Notes under the pieces: model-generated | Seen by the model: the letters and a program-made list of their open reading frames with translations, nothing else | What the model was told of the DNA's origin: nothing | Database searches by the model: none | In this document: positions 29,138 to 37,257 of the stretch, piece by piece | Position numbering within the stretch: the stretch's first letter is position 1 | Layout: each line of letters opens with the position of its first letter | Source: Propionibacteriales bacterium | Lineage (GTDB): Bacteria; Actinomycetota; Actinomycetes; Propionibacteriales; Nocardioidaceae | NCBI GenBank assembly: GCA_038242985.1 | Contig: JBBSRN010000001.1 | Coordinates: forward strand, 1-37,860 | Direction of reading: 5' to 3' | DNA length: 37,860 nucleotides | Made by a program: the position numbers and the translations under genes

Positions 29138-30152
29138 TCTCGCCGACGAGCTCTTCCAGCACGTCCTCGAGCATGATCACGCCGAGAATGGTGCCCTCGC
29201 CGTCGGCGACCTTGGCCATGTGCGAACCCCGCACCTGCATGGTGCGCAGCGCGTCGTACAGGGCGGAGCCGCTGGTGACCGTCGCCAGCGGCCTCAGCCA
29301 CTTGTCCGCAATCGGCTCGAGCCGCGTGACGTCGTCGGTCTCGAGCACGTCCTTGATGTGCAGGTAGCCGGTGAGATCGCCGGCCGCGTCCGCCACCGGG
29401 AACCGGGAGAACCCGGTCTCGGCGCACGCCGTCTCGATGTCCACCGGCGTGGCAGTCCGCTCGATGACCACCAGACTCTCCACCGGCAGCAGGACGCGGT
29501 CGATGACGGCACCGTGGAAGTCCAGTGCTCCGGACACCAGCCCGTACTCGTCCTCATCGAGCAGGCCCTCGCGGCGCGACTCCTCCACCAGGCTGGCCAC
29601 CTCGTCGTGCGTGTAGGTGCTGGCCACCTCGTCCTTGGGCTCGACCCCGCACAACCGGACGAAGGCGTTGGCCGTGCTGTTCAGTGTCACGACGAACGGC
29701 TTGAGGACGGCGATGACGCCGAGCATGAACGGTCCGAGCACGAGGGCCGCCCGATCGGGACCGACCAGCGCGAGGTTCTTCGGCACCATCTCGCCGAGCA
29801 CGACGTGCGCATAGACGACGATCGTCAGGGCGATGACGAAGGCGATCGGGTGCACGAACGCAGCCGGCACCCCGACCGCCTCGAATCCGGGCTCCAGCAG
29901 GTGCGCGATGGCCGGCTCGCCGACCGCGCCGAGACCGAGCGAGCAGATCGTGATGCCGAGCTGGGCCGCCGCCATGGCCAACGTGACGCGCTCGATGGCC
30001 TTGAGCGCCAGCTTCGCGGCGCGCGAACCCGACGCCGCGAGCGGCTCCAGCTGGGTTCGCCGCGCCGAGATCAGCGCGAACTCCGCCGCCACGAACAGGG
30101 CGTTGAGCGCCAGCAGCACGACGGTCAGGCCGACCGCCCACCAGTCACCCAT
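29115..30152 (-). CDS. CNNM (DUF21) + CBS 'hemolysin family' membrane protein
   Basis: NALFVAAEFAL, AQLGITICSL, GEMVPKN, GFSRFPV, LEDVLEELVGEI. Confidence 0.9.
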   Translation of the reverse strand: MGDWWAVGLTVVLLALNALFVAAEFALISARRTQLEPLAASGSRAAKLALKAIERVTLAMAAAQLGITICSLGLGAVGEPAIAHLLEPGFEAVGVPAAFVHPIAFVIALTIVVYAHVVLGEMVPKNLALVGPDRAALVLGPFMLGVIAVLKPFVVTLNSTANAFVRLCGVEPKDEVASTYTHDEVASLVEESRREGLLDEDEYGLVSGALDFHGAVIDRVLLPVESLVVIERTATPVDIETACAETGFSRFPVADAAGDLTGYLHIKDVLETDDVTRLEPIADKWLRPLATVTSGSALYDALRTMQVRGSHMAKVADGEGTILGVIMLEDVLEELVGEIRSAPQA

Positions 30153-31497
30153 CCAGATCACCCCCCACCGTCAGTGACAACCGGTCGACCCGGCGGCCCT
30201 CCATGCGCTCGACGGTCAGGGTGACGTCGAGCGGTTCGGGCTCCTCGTCGCCGTCGTCGCCCGGCGGGTCGACCTGCAACGTCACGACGTCGCCGCGCAT
30301 GGCGATCCGACCGAGCTGCGCATGCATGAGTCCGCCGATCGTCTCGTAGTCGTCGTTCTCCGGGAGCGACACACCGGTCTGCTCCTCCACCTCGTCGGGA
30401 CGGAGCAGACCGGACAGGGACCACGTCCCGTCGCGCCGGTGCCTGCTGCGCTCGGACACCCGGTCGTGCTCGTCGGCGATGTCACCCACGATCTCCTCCA
30501 CGAGGTCCTCCAACGTGACGACACCGTCGTTGCCGCCGTACTCGTCGACGACCACCGCCATCTGCATGCCCTGGTCCCGGAGCACCGTGAGCAGCGGATC
30601 GAGCTCGATGCTGTCCGGCACCGTGGTGGCAGGATCGGCGATCTCCGAGACGCGCACCGACCGCCGCCGGCTCACCTCGACGCCGACCGCCTGCTTGACG
30701 TGCACGATCCCGACCACGTCGTCGGGGTTGCGGCCGATCACCGGGAAGCGGGAGTGTCCTGTCTCCCGAGCAGCATCGATGACGTCTGCGGCGGTGTCCC
30801 GTGCGTCGAGGACGTGCACCCGCACCCGTGGGGTGCGGACGTCGGCGGCGGTGCGCTCGCCGAACGCGATGCTGCGTGCCACCAGGTTGGCTGTCTCATC
30901 GTCGATGGCTCCCTCGATGGCCGACCGCAGGACGAGCGAGCGGAGCTCGAGCGGCGACCGGGCCGATCGCAGCTCCTCCTGCGGCTCGACGCCGAGTCCA
31001 CGCAGGATCCGGTTCGCGGTGCCGTTCAGCCGCCGGATCGGCCACGCCATGGCCTTGGTGAAGATCCGTTGGGGCAGCTGCGTCATCGCCGCGGTCTGCT
31101 GCGGCAGTGACAAGGCGAAGTTCTTGGGGATCAGCTCGCCCACCAGCATGGTCACGATGGTGCTGATCGCAATCGCGGTGCCGTAGGAGACCCCCCGCAG
31201 GGTGCCACCCTGCAGGCCCAGCTGGCCCAGTGGCTCGCGCAGCAAGGTGCCGAGGGCCGGCTCCGCGAGGAAGCCGATGGCCAGATTCGTGATGGTGATG
31301 CCCAGCTGCGCCCCGCTCAGCTGGGTGGACAGCGAGCGCAGTGCGATCAGCGTGCCCTGTGCACCCTTGTCACCGTTGGCGGCGTCACGCTCGACCGTCG
31401 CGCGGTCGATGGTGACAAAGGAGAACTCCGCTGCCACGAACACCCCGCAGGCGAGCATCAGCGCGAAGGCCAGGGCCAGGAGCAACCACTCGGTCAT
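30145..31497 (-). CDS. CNNM (DUF21) + CBS + CorC/HlyC 'hemolysin family' membrane protein
   Basis: FVAAEFS, AQLGIT, GELIPKN, GHSRFPV, VVDEYGG..GVVTLEDLVEEIVGDI.DEHD, CorC tail. Confidence 0.9.
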   Translation of the reverse strand: MTEWLLLALAFALMLACGVFVAAEFSFVTIDRATVERDAANGDKGAQGTLIALRSLSTQLSGAQLGITITNLAIGFLAEPALGTLLREPLGQLGLQGGTLRGVSYGTAIAISTIVTMLVGELIPKNFALSLPQQTAAMTQLPQRIFTKAMAWPIRRLNGTANRILRGLGVEPQEELRSARSPLELRSLVLRSAIEGAIDDETANLVARSIAFGERTAADVRTPRVRVHVLDARDTAADVIDAARETGHSRFPVIGRNPDDVVGIVHVKQAVGVEVSRRRSVRVSEIADPATTVPDSIELDPLLTVLRDQGMQMAVVVDEYGGNDGVVTLEDLVEEIVGDIADEHDRVSERSRHRRDGTWSLSGLLRPDEVEEQTGVSLPENDDYETIGGLMHAQLGRIAMRGDVVTLQVDPPGDDGDEEPEPLDVTLTVERMEGRRVDRLSLTVGGDLDG

Positions 31498-31521
31498 CGA
31501 TCGGTTTCTCCGGTGGTCATG

Positions 31522-31551
31522 GGTTGAACGGTCACAGGTTGAACGGTCACA
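31522..31551. repeat. perfect 15-bp tandem repeat x2
   Basis: GGTTGAACGGTCACA at 31522-31536 and 31537-31551. Confidence 0.9.
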
Positions 31552-31604
31552 GTGGGCGCAACTGTACCCTTGGCGGTCGAGCCCGTTATCGATCAGGAGC
31601 CCTT

Positions 31605-31916
31605 GTGCCCACGTACCAGTACCAGTGCACCGACTGCGGTGAGGCGCTGGAGATCCGCCAGAGCTTCACCGACGACACCTTGACCGAGTGTCCCGCCTGC
31701 GGCGGTGCGCTGCGCAAGGTGTTCAACGCCGTCGGCGTCGTCTTCAAGGGTTCGGGCTTCTACCGCAACGACAGCCGTCCGAAGGATTCGAGCACCTCCT
31801 CGTCCTCGTCCGAGTCGGGATCCAAGGACTCGGGATCCAAGGACTCGGCTCCTGCGGCGAGCAAGCCCGCGCCGACCACGACCACGACGACGTCGTCCTC
31901 CTCCTCGACCGGCTGA
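31605..31916 (+). CDS. FmdB family zinc-ribbon protein (Rv0991c-like)
   Basis: MPTYQYQCTDCG...CPACGG.LRKVF..VGVVFKGSGFYRND, Ser/Thr tail; SD AGGAG. Confidence 0.92.
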   Translation: MPTYQYQCTDCGEALEIRQSFTDDTLTECPACGGALRKVFNAVGVVFKGSGFYRNDSRPKDSSTSSSSSESGSKDSGSKDSAPAASKPAPTTTTTTSSSSSTG

Positions 31917-31978
31917 GCGCCTGCCAGCCTGTGGACGGGTGCCGTCGCAGGCGCGGGATCATTCCTAGAGTCCGGACC

Positions 31979-32575
31979 ATGGACCGGATCCGTGCCGCGC
32001 TGTTCGATCACCGTCGCCCGCTGGCCGCAGCCTTCGCTGCCCTCGCGGTGCTGGCAGCGGTCCAGTCGGTGCGCCCGGACGACACCGGGGTGCCGGTCGT
32101 CGTCGCGGCCCGCGACCTGGATTCGGACCACGTGCTTGCCGCCACGGATCTCACGATCGTGTCGCTGCCCAGGGCGGCCGCTCCGTCGCACGTGCTGGGT
32201 CCAGACGCTGCGCGTGGTCGCCGGGTGGCGGGGCCGGTCCGCGAAGGCGAGCCGATCACCGATCGCCGGGTGATCGAGCCGCGTGCGCTGTCCGGCTATG
32301 GCGCGGACGCGGTGCTCACGATGGTGCGGCTGGACGATCCCGCCGTCCTCGCCGGGGTGCGGGTCGGCGATCGCGTCGACGTCGTGTCCACCACGGTCGA
32401 CGCCGAGGTCGCGGCGCGGGTGGTGGCCGCGGACGCCGTCATCGCCCTCGTCCCCGAGCGCGATGAACGATCCGGCGACTCGGCCGCGCTGGGAGTGATC
32501 ACCAGTCGCAAGGACGCGCTCGAGCTGGCCGCAGCCGCGCTCGACGCCCGGCTGGGGGTGCTGGTGACGTCCTGA
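31979..32575 (+). CDS. SAF domain protein (Rv0990c-like)
   Basis: VVVAARDL, GPVREGEPIT, VGDRVDV; fmdB-SAF-mscL synteny. Confidence 0.8.
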   Translation: MDRIRAALFDHRRPLAAAFAALAVLAAVQSVRPDDTGVPVVVAARDLDSDHVLAATDLTIVSLPRAAAPSHVLGPDAARGRRVAGPVREGEPITDRRVIEPRALSGYGADAVLTMVRLDDPAVLAGVRVGDRVDVVSTTVDAEVAARVVAADAVIALVPERDERSGDSAALGVITSRKDALELAAAALDARLGVLVTS

Positions 32576-32642
32576 GATGTCCTGCGAAATCGGGGCGCTA
32601 TGGTCGGGATTGCTCATTTCCCAACACCTGAAGGGGCGCCTC

Positions 32643-33035
32643 ATGCTCAAGGGATTCAAGGACTTCCTGATGCGCGGCAACGTGGTCGACCTCGCGGTCG
32701 GCATCGCCATCGGCGTGGCGTTCACCACGCTCGTCGGCGCGTTCGGCACCGCGATCATCAATCCGCTCGTGGCCTCGGTCGGCAGCGGCAACGACAAGGG
32801 GTGGGGATTTCCCATCACCGACAGCGACGCCACGTTCGTCAACATCGGCCTGCTCATCAACGCGATCATCGTGTTCGCCGTGACCATGGCGGTCATCTAC
32901 TTCGCGATCGTCGTTCCGGTCACCAAGCTGCAGGCCCTGCGCAAGCCCGGGCCCAACGCCGACGAGCCGGAAGCCGTCCCGGAGGACACCGCCCTGCTGC
33001 GCGAGATCCGCGACGCCCTGGCCCGCCGGCCGTAG
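32643..33035 (+). CDS. mscL: large-conductance mechanosensitive channel
   Basis: MLKGFKDFLMRGNVVDLAVG..., LLREIRDAL. Confidence 0.96.
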   Translation: MLKGFKDFLMRGNVVDLAVGIAIGVAFTTLVGAFGTAIINPLVASVGSGNDKGWGFPITDSDATFVNIGLLINAIIVFAVTMAVIYFAIVVPVTKLQALRKPGPNADEPEAVPEDTALLREIRDALARRP

Positions 33036-33040
33036 CAACC

Positions 33041-33235
33041 TCAGCCGTGGTGCGGGGGCACGTCGCGCAGGAGCTCATCCTCGTGCGACCTGCCACCGTC
33101 ATCGGCCCAGTCCTCGTTCCAGCCCTCTGCGGTCTCGTCCCGCGACACCTGCGGCTCCAGGTCGCCCAGCAGCTCGGCGGCTCGACGACGTCGACGCCGC
33201 TCGCGTTCCTCAGGGGTGGCAGGTGACGGGCTCAT
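33041..33235 (-). CDS. small conserved actinobacterial protein (64 aa, PPHHG C-terminus)
   Basis: MSPSPATPEERERRRRRRAAELLGD...RDE...ELLRDVPPHHG; ATG 5 nt after the esterase stop. Confidence 0.65.
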   Translation of the reverse strand: MSPSPATPEERERRRRRRAAELLGDLEPQVSRDETAEGWNEDWADDGGRSHEDELLRDVPPHHG

Positions 33236-33240
33236 CGGTG

Positions 33241-34164
33241 TCAGCGCTCGGCGCGCTGGAAGAACGTCCACATGAGGTTGCTGGCGTTGACGTCGGAGCC
33301 GGGCCACTGGTGGCCGGAGTCCTCCAGCACGTACGCCGACACCGCCGAACCGCCGGCACAGTTGCGCCACGCGAAGTGCCGCAGCGCACCGGCGACCGTG
33401 GTGGTGGCGCCAACGGCCGGGCACCGGTCGTGCGCGACCCACTCGGCGACGGTGTCGTCGACCGGCGGGAGCGGTCCGATCGCGGTCTGGGCACCGGTGT
33501 AGGGCACGACCACGTCGAGCAGGCCGTGGAAGTAGACGATGGACGCTGGCTTCGCGCCCACGCAGTTCGGGGAGATGTACGGCCCGGAGACTGCGCCGTA
33601 GGCGGTGAACGGGCTCCGCGGATCGCAGGCGAGTGCGAGGACGAGGGCCGAGCCGTTGGAGAATCCCGCGGCAAAGACGCCCGACGTGTCGATGCATCCC
33701 TGCGACTGCACCGCTGACACCAGGTGGCGCGTGAAGCTGGCGTCGGAGTCCGCGTCGCCGGCCGGCGAGCGGAAGTCCCACTCCGCCGCGGCGCCGCGCG
33801 CCTGCGGCGCGATCACGATGAAGCCGTCTGAGTCAGCCAGCGGACCCAGCCCGCTTCTGGCCATCACCTGCTCAGGGTTGCTGCCGAGTCCGTGGAACAG
33901 CACCACGACCGGCGTGCGCTCGGTGCCGTCGTACCCCGGGGGCACGTGCATCAGGTAGGTGCGCTGCTGCCCGTCGTTCGCGATCACGTGGGTCGACGTG
34001 CCGGCCGGCAACGGTCGTGGCTGTGAGCACACGGTGGGATCGGGCCTGACGGCGTCCGAGGTGTCACCTGCGTGCACGACGCCGGCCGCGCCCAGCACCA
34101 GGGCGAGCGTGACGGTCCATCGCCTCAGGCGGACCGCCCGGAACGCGAAGGCGGCAGCAGGCAT
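33241..34164 (-). CDS. secreted PHB-depolymerase/LpqC-like alpha/beta-hydrolase esterase
   Basis: Signal-like N-terminus, R.YLMHVP, FHGLG, GFSNG nucleophile motif, FHG..D.VVPY.G, GHQWP. Confidence 0.85.
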   Translation of the reverse strand: MPAAAFAFRAVRLRRWTVTLALVLGAAGVVHAGDTSDAVRPDPTVCSQPRPLPAGTSTHVIANDGQQRTYLMHVPPGYDGTERTPVVVLFHGLGSNPEQVMARSGLGPLADSDGFIVIAPQARGAAAEWDFRSPAGDADSDASFTRHLVSAVQSQGCIDTSGVFAAGFSNGSALVLALACDPRSPFTAYGAVSGPYISPNCVGAKPASIVYFHGLLDVVVPYTGAQTAIGPLPPVDDTVAEWVAHDRCPAVGATTTVAGALRHFAWRNCAGGSAVSAYVLEDSGHQWPGSDVNASNLMWTFFQRAER

Positions 34165-34214
34165 GGGCGTCATCTTAAGCGACCCGCACCCGGACCGATA
34201 CGCTGACGCGGCGG

Positions 34215-34288
34215 GCCCCCGTAGCTCAGTCGGATAGAGCGACCGCCTCCTAAGCGGTAGGTCACAGGTTCGATTCCTGTCGGGGGCA
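34215..34288 (+). tRNA. tRNA-Arg(CCT)
   Basis: GCCCCCGTAGCTCAGTCGGATAGAGCGACCGCCTCCTAAGCGGTAGGTCACAGGTTCGATTCCTGTCGGGGGCA; anticodon CCT. Confidence 0.97.
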
Positions 34289-34322
34289 CCTCAGTTCCTC
34301 CCCTCTTCTGCGAGGCCCACCC

Positions 34323-35087
34323 ATGACCAAGCGCGCCAGCCACTCACATCGTGGATCGCGGCGACGTCGGACGCGCTCGGTCATCGCCGTCTCGGCCGTC
34401 GCCGCATCTGTCGTGGTCGGAGCGTTCGGGCTGGCGGTGGACCGGGACTCCTCCGCCACGGAGTCCTCCTCGCGGAGTCCGCTGGTCCGAGCCACGCTCG
34501 AACCGCTGCCGGTCGAGCCCACGACCCGTCCGACGCCGCGAGCGTCTCCCCGCGTCGACCCCACACCGGTCGCCATCCCCCCAAGCGGTCGCGGCACCTT
34601 CACCGTGGCGGATGGCACGTCACCGGCAGTCGGGTCGGGTCGCCTGACGAGCTACCAGGTCGAGGTCGAGGACGGCCTCCCGATCAAGGCTGCGAGCTTC
34701 GCTGGCCGCGTTGATCGCACCCTGGGGGACCCCCGGGGGTGGACCAAGGACGGGGCCCACGCATTCCGGCGTCAGCAGTCCGCGCCACTGCGCATCGTGC
34801 TGGCGAGCCCGGCGACGACCGACCGGCTCTGCGCCCCGCTGCAGACACGGGGCAAGGTGTCGTGTCGGAACGGCAACGTCGTCGCCATCAACGCGGTCCG
34901 CTGGGTCGAGGGGGCGTCGTCCTACGGCTCAGACCTGTCGGGCTATCGCCACTACGTCATCAACCACGAGGTCGGCCACAGCCTCGGACTGAACCACGCG
35001 GCATGTCCGCAGCCGGGCGCAGACGCACCCGTCATGCTGCAGCAGACACTCGGCCTGCAGGGGTGCACGAAGAATCCCTGGCCCTGA
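34323..35087 (+). CDS. DUF3152 domain protein (zinc metallopeptidase-like)
   Basis: Y.VEVE.G, TL.DPRGW, LASP.TTD.LC, YR.YVINHEVGHSLGLNH, APVMLQQT.G..GC..NPWP. Confidence 0.85.
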   Translation: MTKRASHSHRGSRRRRTRSVIAVSAVAASVVVGAFGLAVDRDSSATESSSRSPLVRATLEPLPVEPTTRPTPRASPRVDPTPVAIPPSGRGTFTVADGTSPAVGSGRLTSYQVEVEDGLPIKAASFAGRVDRTLGDPRGWTKDGAHAFRRQQSAPLRIVLASPATTDRLCAPLQTRGKVSCRNGNVVAINAVRWVEGASSYGSDLSGYRHYVINHEVGHSLGLNHAACPQPGADAPVMLQQTLGLQGCTKNPWP

Positions 35088-35143
35088 GACCCGGACCGGG
35101 GGTTGACCGCGCGAGACCACCTCCCCCACAGGACAATGGCTGC

Positions 35144-36451
35144 GTGAACATTGCTGCCGCCCTGCTCGACCTGGCCGAGGACGCCCTCGGCATGCCCCTT
35201 CCGGTACGTCTTCGCGCGTGGGACGGGAGCGAGGCGGGCCCCGGTGGTGCGCCCGTGCTGGTGATCCGTCGCAAGCGCGCCCTGCGGCACATCCTGTGGA
35301 AGCCGGGCGAGCTCGGCGTCGCGCGTGCCTACGTGCAGGGCGATCTCGATGTCGACGGCGACCTCGGCGACGGGCTGCGCACCATCTGGGCCGCCGTCCG
35401 CGACGCCAGGGCGCTCGACGGTGACGCCGGCCGGCCGAAGATCGGGCCACGCCTGGTGCTGCGCGCCGCGCTGCTCGCGGTGCGCATCGGCGCCATCGGG
35501 CGGCGCCCGCCCGCTCCGACCGCGGAGTCCAGCCTCACCGGCGAGCTGCACAGCAAGGAGCGCGACCTCGCGGCCATCTCGCACCACTACGACCTCTCGA
35601 ACGACTTCTACGAGCTCATCCTCGATCCCCACATGGCGTACTCCGCCGGTTTCCACCGCACCCCGGAGATGACCCTGGAGGAGGCGCAGGCCGCCAAGCT
35701 GCACCTCATCTGTCGCAAGCTCGGGCTCGAGCCGGGCATGCGGATGGTCGACATCGGTTCCGGATGGGGCTCGCTGACCCTGTTCGCCGCCGAGCACTAC
35801 GGCGTGCACGTCACCGGCGTCACCTTGTCCTCCGAGCAGCGCGACTTCGTGCTGCAGCGGGCCGCCGAGCGCGGTCTGTCCGACCGGGTGGACGTCAGCC
35901 TGCGGCACTTCCGCGATCTGTCCGAGTCCGGCGTCCGTGACGGCCAGATCGACGCGATCGCCTCGGTCGAGATGGGCGAGCACGTCGGTGACGAGGAGTA
36001 CCGGGTGTTCACCGCCGCCATCCACCGCTACCTGCGTCCCGGTGGTCGCGTCGTGATCCAGCAGATGTCCCGCAGCAACGACACCCCCGGCGATCGTCCC
36101 GGTGGCGGGCCCTTCATCGAGACGTACATCGCGCCTGACATGCACATGAAGCCGCTGGCCAAGACGATCGGACTGATCTGCAAGCCCGGGCTGGAGATCC
36201 GCGACGTGCAGGCGATGCGTGAGCACTACCCGCAGACCGTCGCTGCGTGGGCGGAGAACCTGGAGTCGAACTGGGAGACCGCGGTCGACCTCGTCGGCGA
36301 GGAGATGGCACGGGTGTGGCGGCTGTACCTCGTGGGCGGTTCGCTGGCCTTCGAGGAGAACCGCATGGGCGTCGACCAGATCCTCGCGGTCAAGCCCGGC
36401 GACACCGGCGCCAGTGACATGCCGGCCGAGCCGCTAGCGTGGCTCGGATGA
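35144..36451 (+). CDS. cyclopropane-fatty-acyl-phospholipid synthase family SAM methyltransferase
   Basis: PVRLRAWDGS, ISHHYDLSNDFY, MAYS, DIGSGWG, VTLSSEQ, SVEMGEHVG, REHY, RVWRLYL. Confidence 0.88.
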   Translation: MNIAAALLDLAEDALGMPLPVRLRAWDGSEAGPGGAPVLVIRRKRALRHILWKPGELGVARAYVQGDLDVDGDLGDGLRTIWAAVRDARALDGDAGRPKIGPRLVLRAALLAVRIGAIGRRPPAPTAESSLTGELHSKERDLAAISHHYDLSNDFYELILDPHMAYSAGFHRTPEMTLEEAQAAKLHLICRKLGLEPGMRMVDIGSGWGSLTLFAAEHYGVHVTGVTLSSEQRDFVLQRAAERGLSDRVDVSLRHFRDLSESGVRDGQIDAIASVEMGEHVGDEEYRVFTAAIHRYLRPGGRVVIQQMSRSNDTPGDRPGGGPFIETYIAPDMHMKPLAKTIGLICKPGLEIRDVQAMREHYPQTVAAWAENLESNWETAVDLVGEEMARVWRLYLVGGSLAFEENRMGVDQILAVKPGDTGASDMPAEPLAWLG

Positions 36452-37254
36452 TCGACAACGACTTCGGCCAGGCCCTGATCGCGCTGCTCGTGGGACTGAT
36501 CGTGATCGTGATCTTCATGGCCGGGTGCCTGAGCTGGGCGGTCCGTACCCAGAAGCTCACGGTGGTCGACACGGCGTGGGGCATCGGCTTCATCCTGGTG
36601 TCGCTGTCAGCGGCGCTGGTCTCCCTCGGCGGCGACGGCCACCGGATCCTGCCATGGATCCTGCTGGCGATGACCGCCGGATGGGGCCTGCGGCTGGCCA
36701 CCCACCTGCACCTGCGCAATCGCGGCAAGGAGGAGGACCCCCGCTACGCCGAGATGTCCGAGGCCGACGGGCGATCCTTCGCCCAGGTGGCGATCACGCG
36801 CGTCTTCATCCCGCAGGGCATCGCGATGTTCCTGGTGTCCACCCCCTTGATGATCGGCGCGCAGAACGAGGCCATCAGTGCTCCCCTGCTGATCCTCGGC
36901 CTGGTCGTGTGGGCCACCGGCGTGTTCTTCGAGTCCGTCGGCGACGCCCAGCTGTCGACCTTCAAGAAGGACCCCGACAACCACGGCAAGATCATGGACC
37001 AGGGGTTGTGGCGCTTCACCCGCCACCCCAACTACTTCGGCGACGCGTGCGTCTGGACCGGCATCTGGCTGGTCGTGGCCGGATCTCTGCCGGGCCTCGT
37101 CACCATCATCAGCCCGATCGCGATGACGGTGTTCCTGACGAAGGTCACCGGAGCATCGCTGAACGAGAAGGGCATGAAGAAGACCAAGCCCGGTTACGAG
37201 GACTACGTCCGCCGCACGAGCGGATTCATCCCGCTGCCACCACGCAAGGGCTGA
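36448..37254 (+). CDS. DUF1295 (steroid 5-alpha-reductase-like) membrane protein
   Basis: VDTAWG, WGLRL, EDPRY, FESVGD.QL..FK, GLWRFTRHPNYFGD, Y..YVRRTSGF; ATGA overlap with cfa-like gene. Confidence 0.88.
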   Translation: MIDNDFGQALIALLVGLIVIVIFMAGCLSWAVRTQKLTVVDTAWGIGFILVSLSAALVSLGGDGHRILPWILLAMTAGWGLRLATHLHLRNRGKEEDPRYAEMSEADGRSFAQVAITRVFIPQGIAMFLVSTPLMIGAQNEAISAPLLILGLVVWATGVFFESVGDAQLSTFKKDPDNHGKIMDQGLWRFTRHPNYFGDACVWTGIWLVVAGSLPGLVTIISPIAMTVFLTKVTGASLNEKGMKKTKPGYEDYVRRTSGFIPLPPRKG

Positions 37255-37257
37255 TCG

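Noticed and set aside
31522-31551. CRISPR array
   Set aside because: Only two adjacent 15-bp units, no spacers, no cas genes
31570-31600. CIRCE or HAIR heat-shock operator upstream of fmdB
   Set aside because: No adequate match to TTAGCACTC-N9-GAGTGCTAA or CTTGAGT-N7-ACTCAAG
31812-31848. TCGGGATCCAAGGAC tandem repeat in fmdB
   Set aside because: Encodes SGSKD x2 in a low-complexity tail; ordinary
31979-32575. SAF protein as a second CpaB of the tad system
   Set aside because: It lies in the conserved fmdB-SAF-mscL context, about 9 kb from the tad operon
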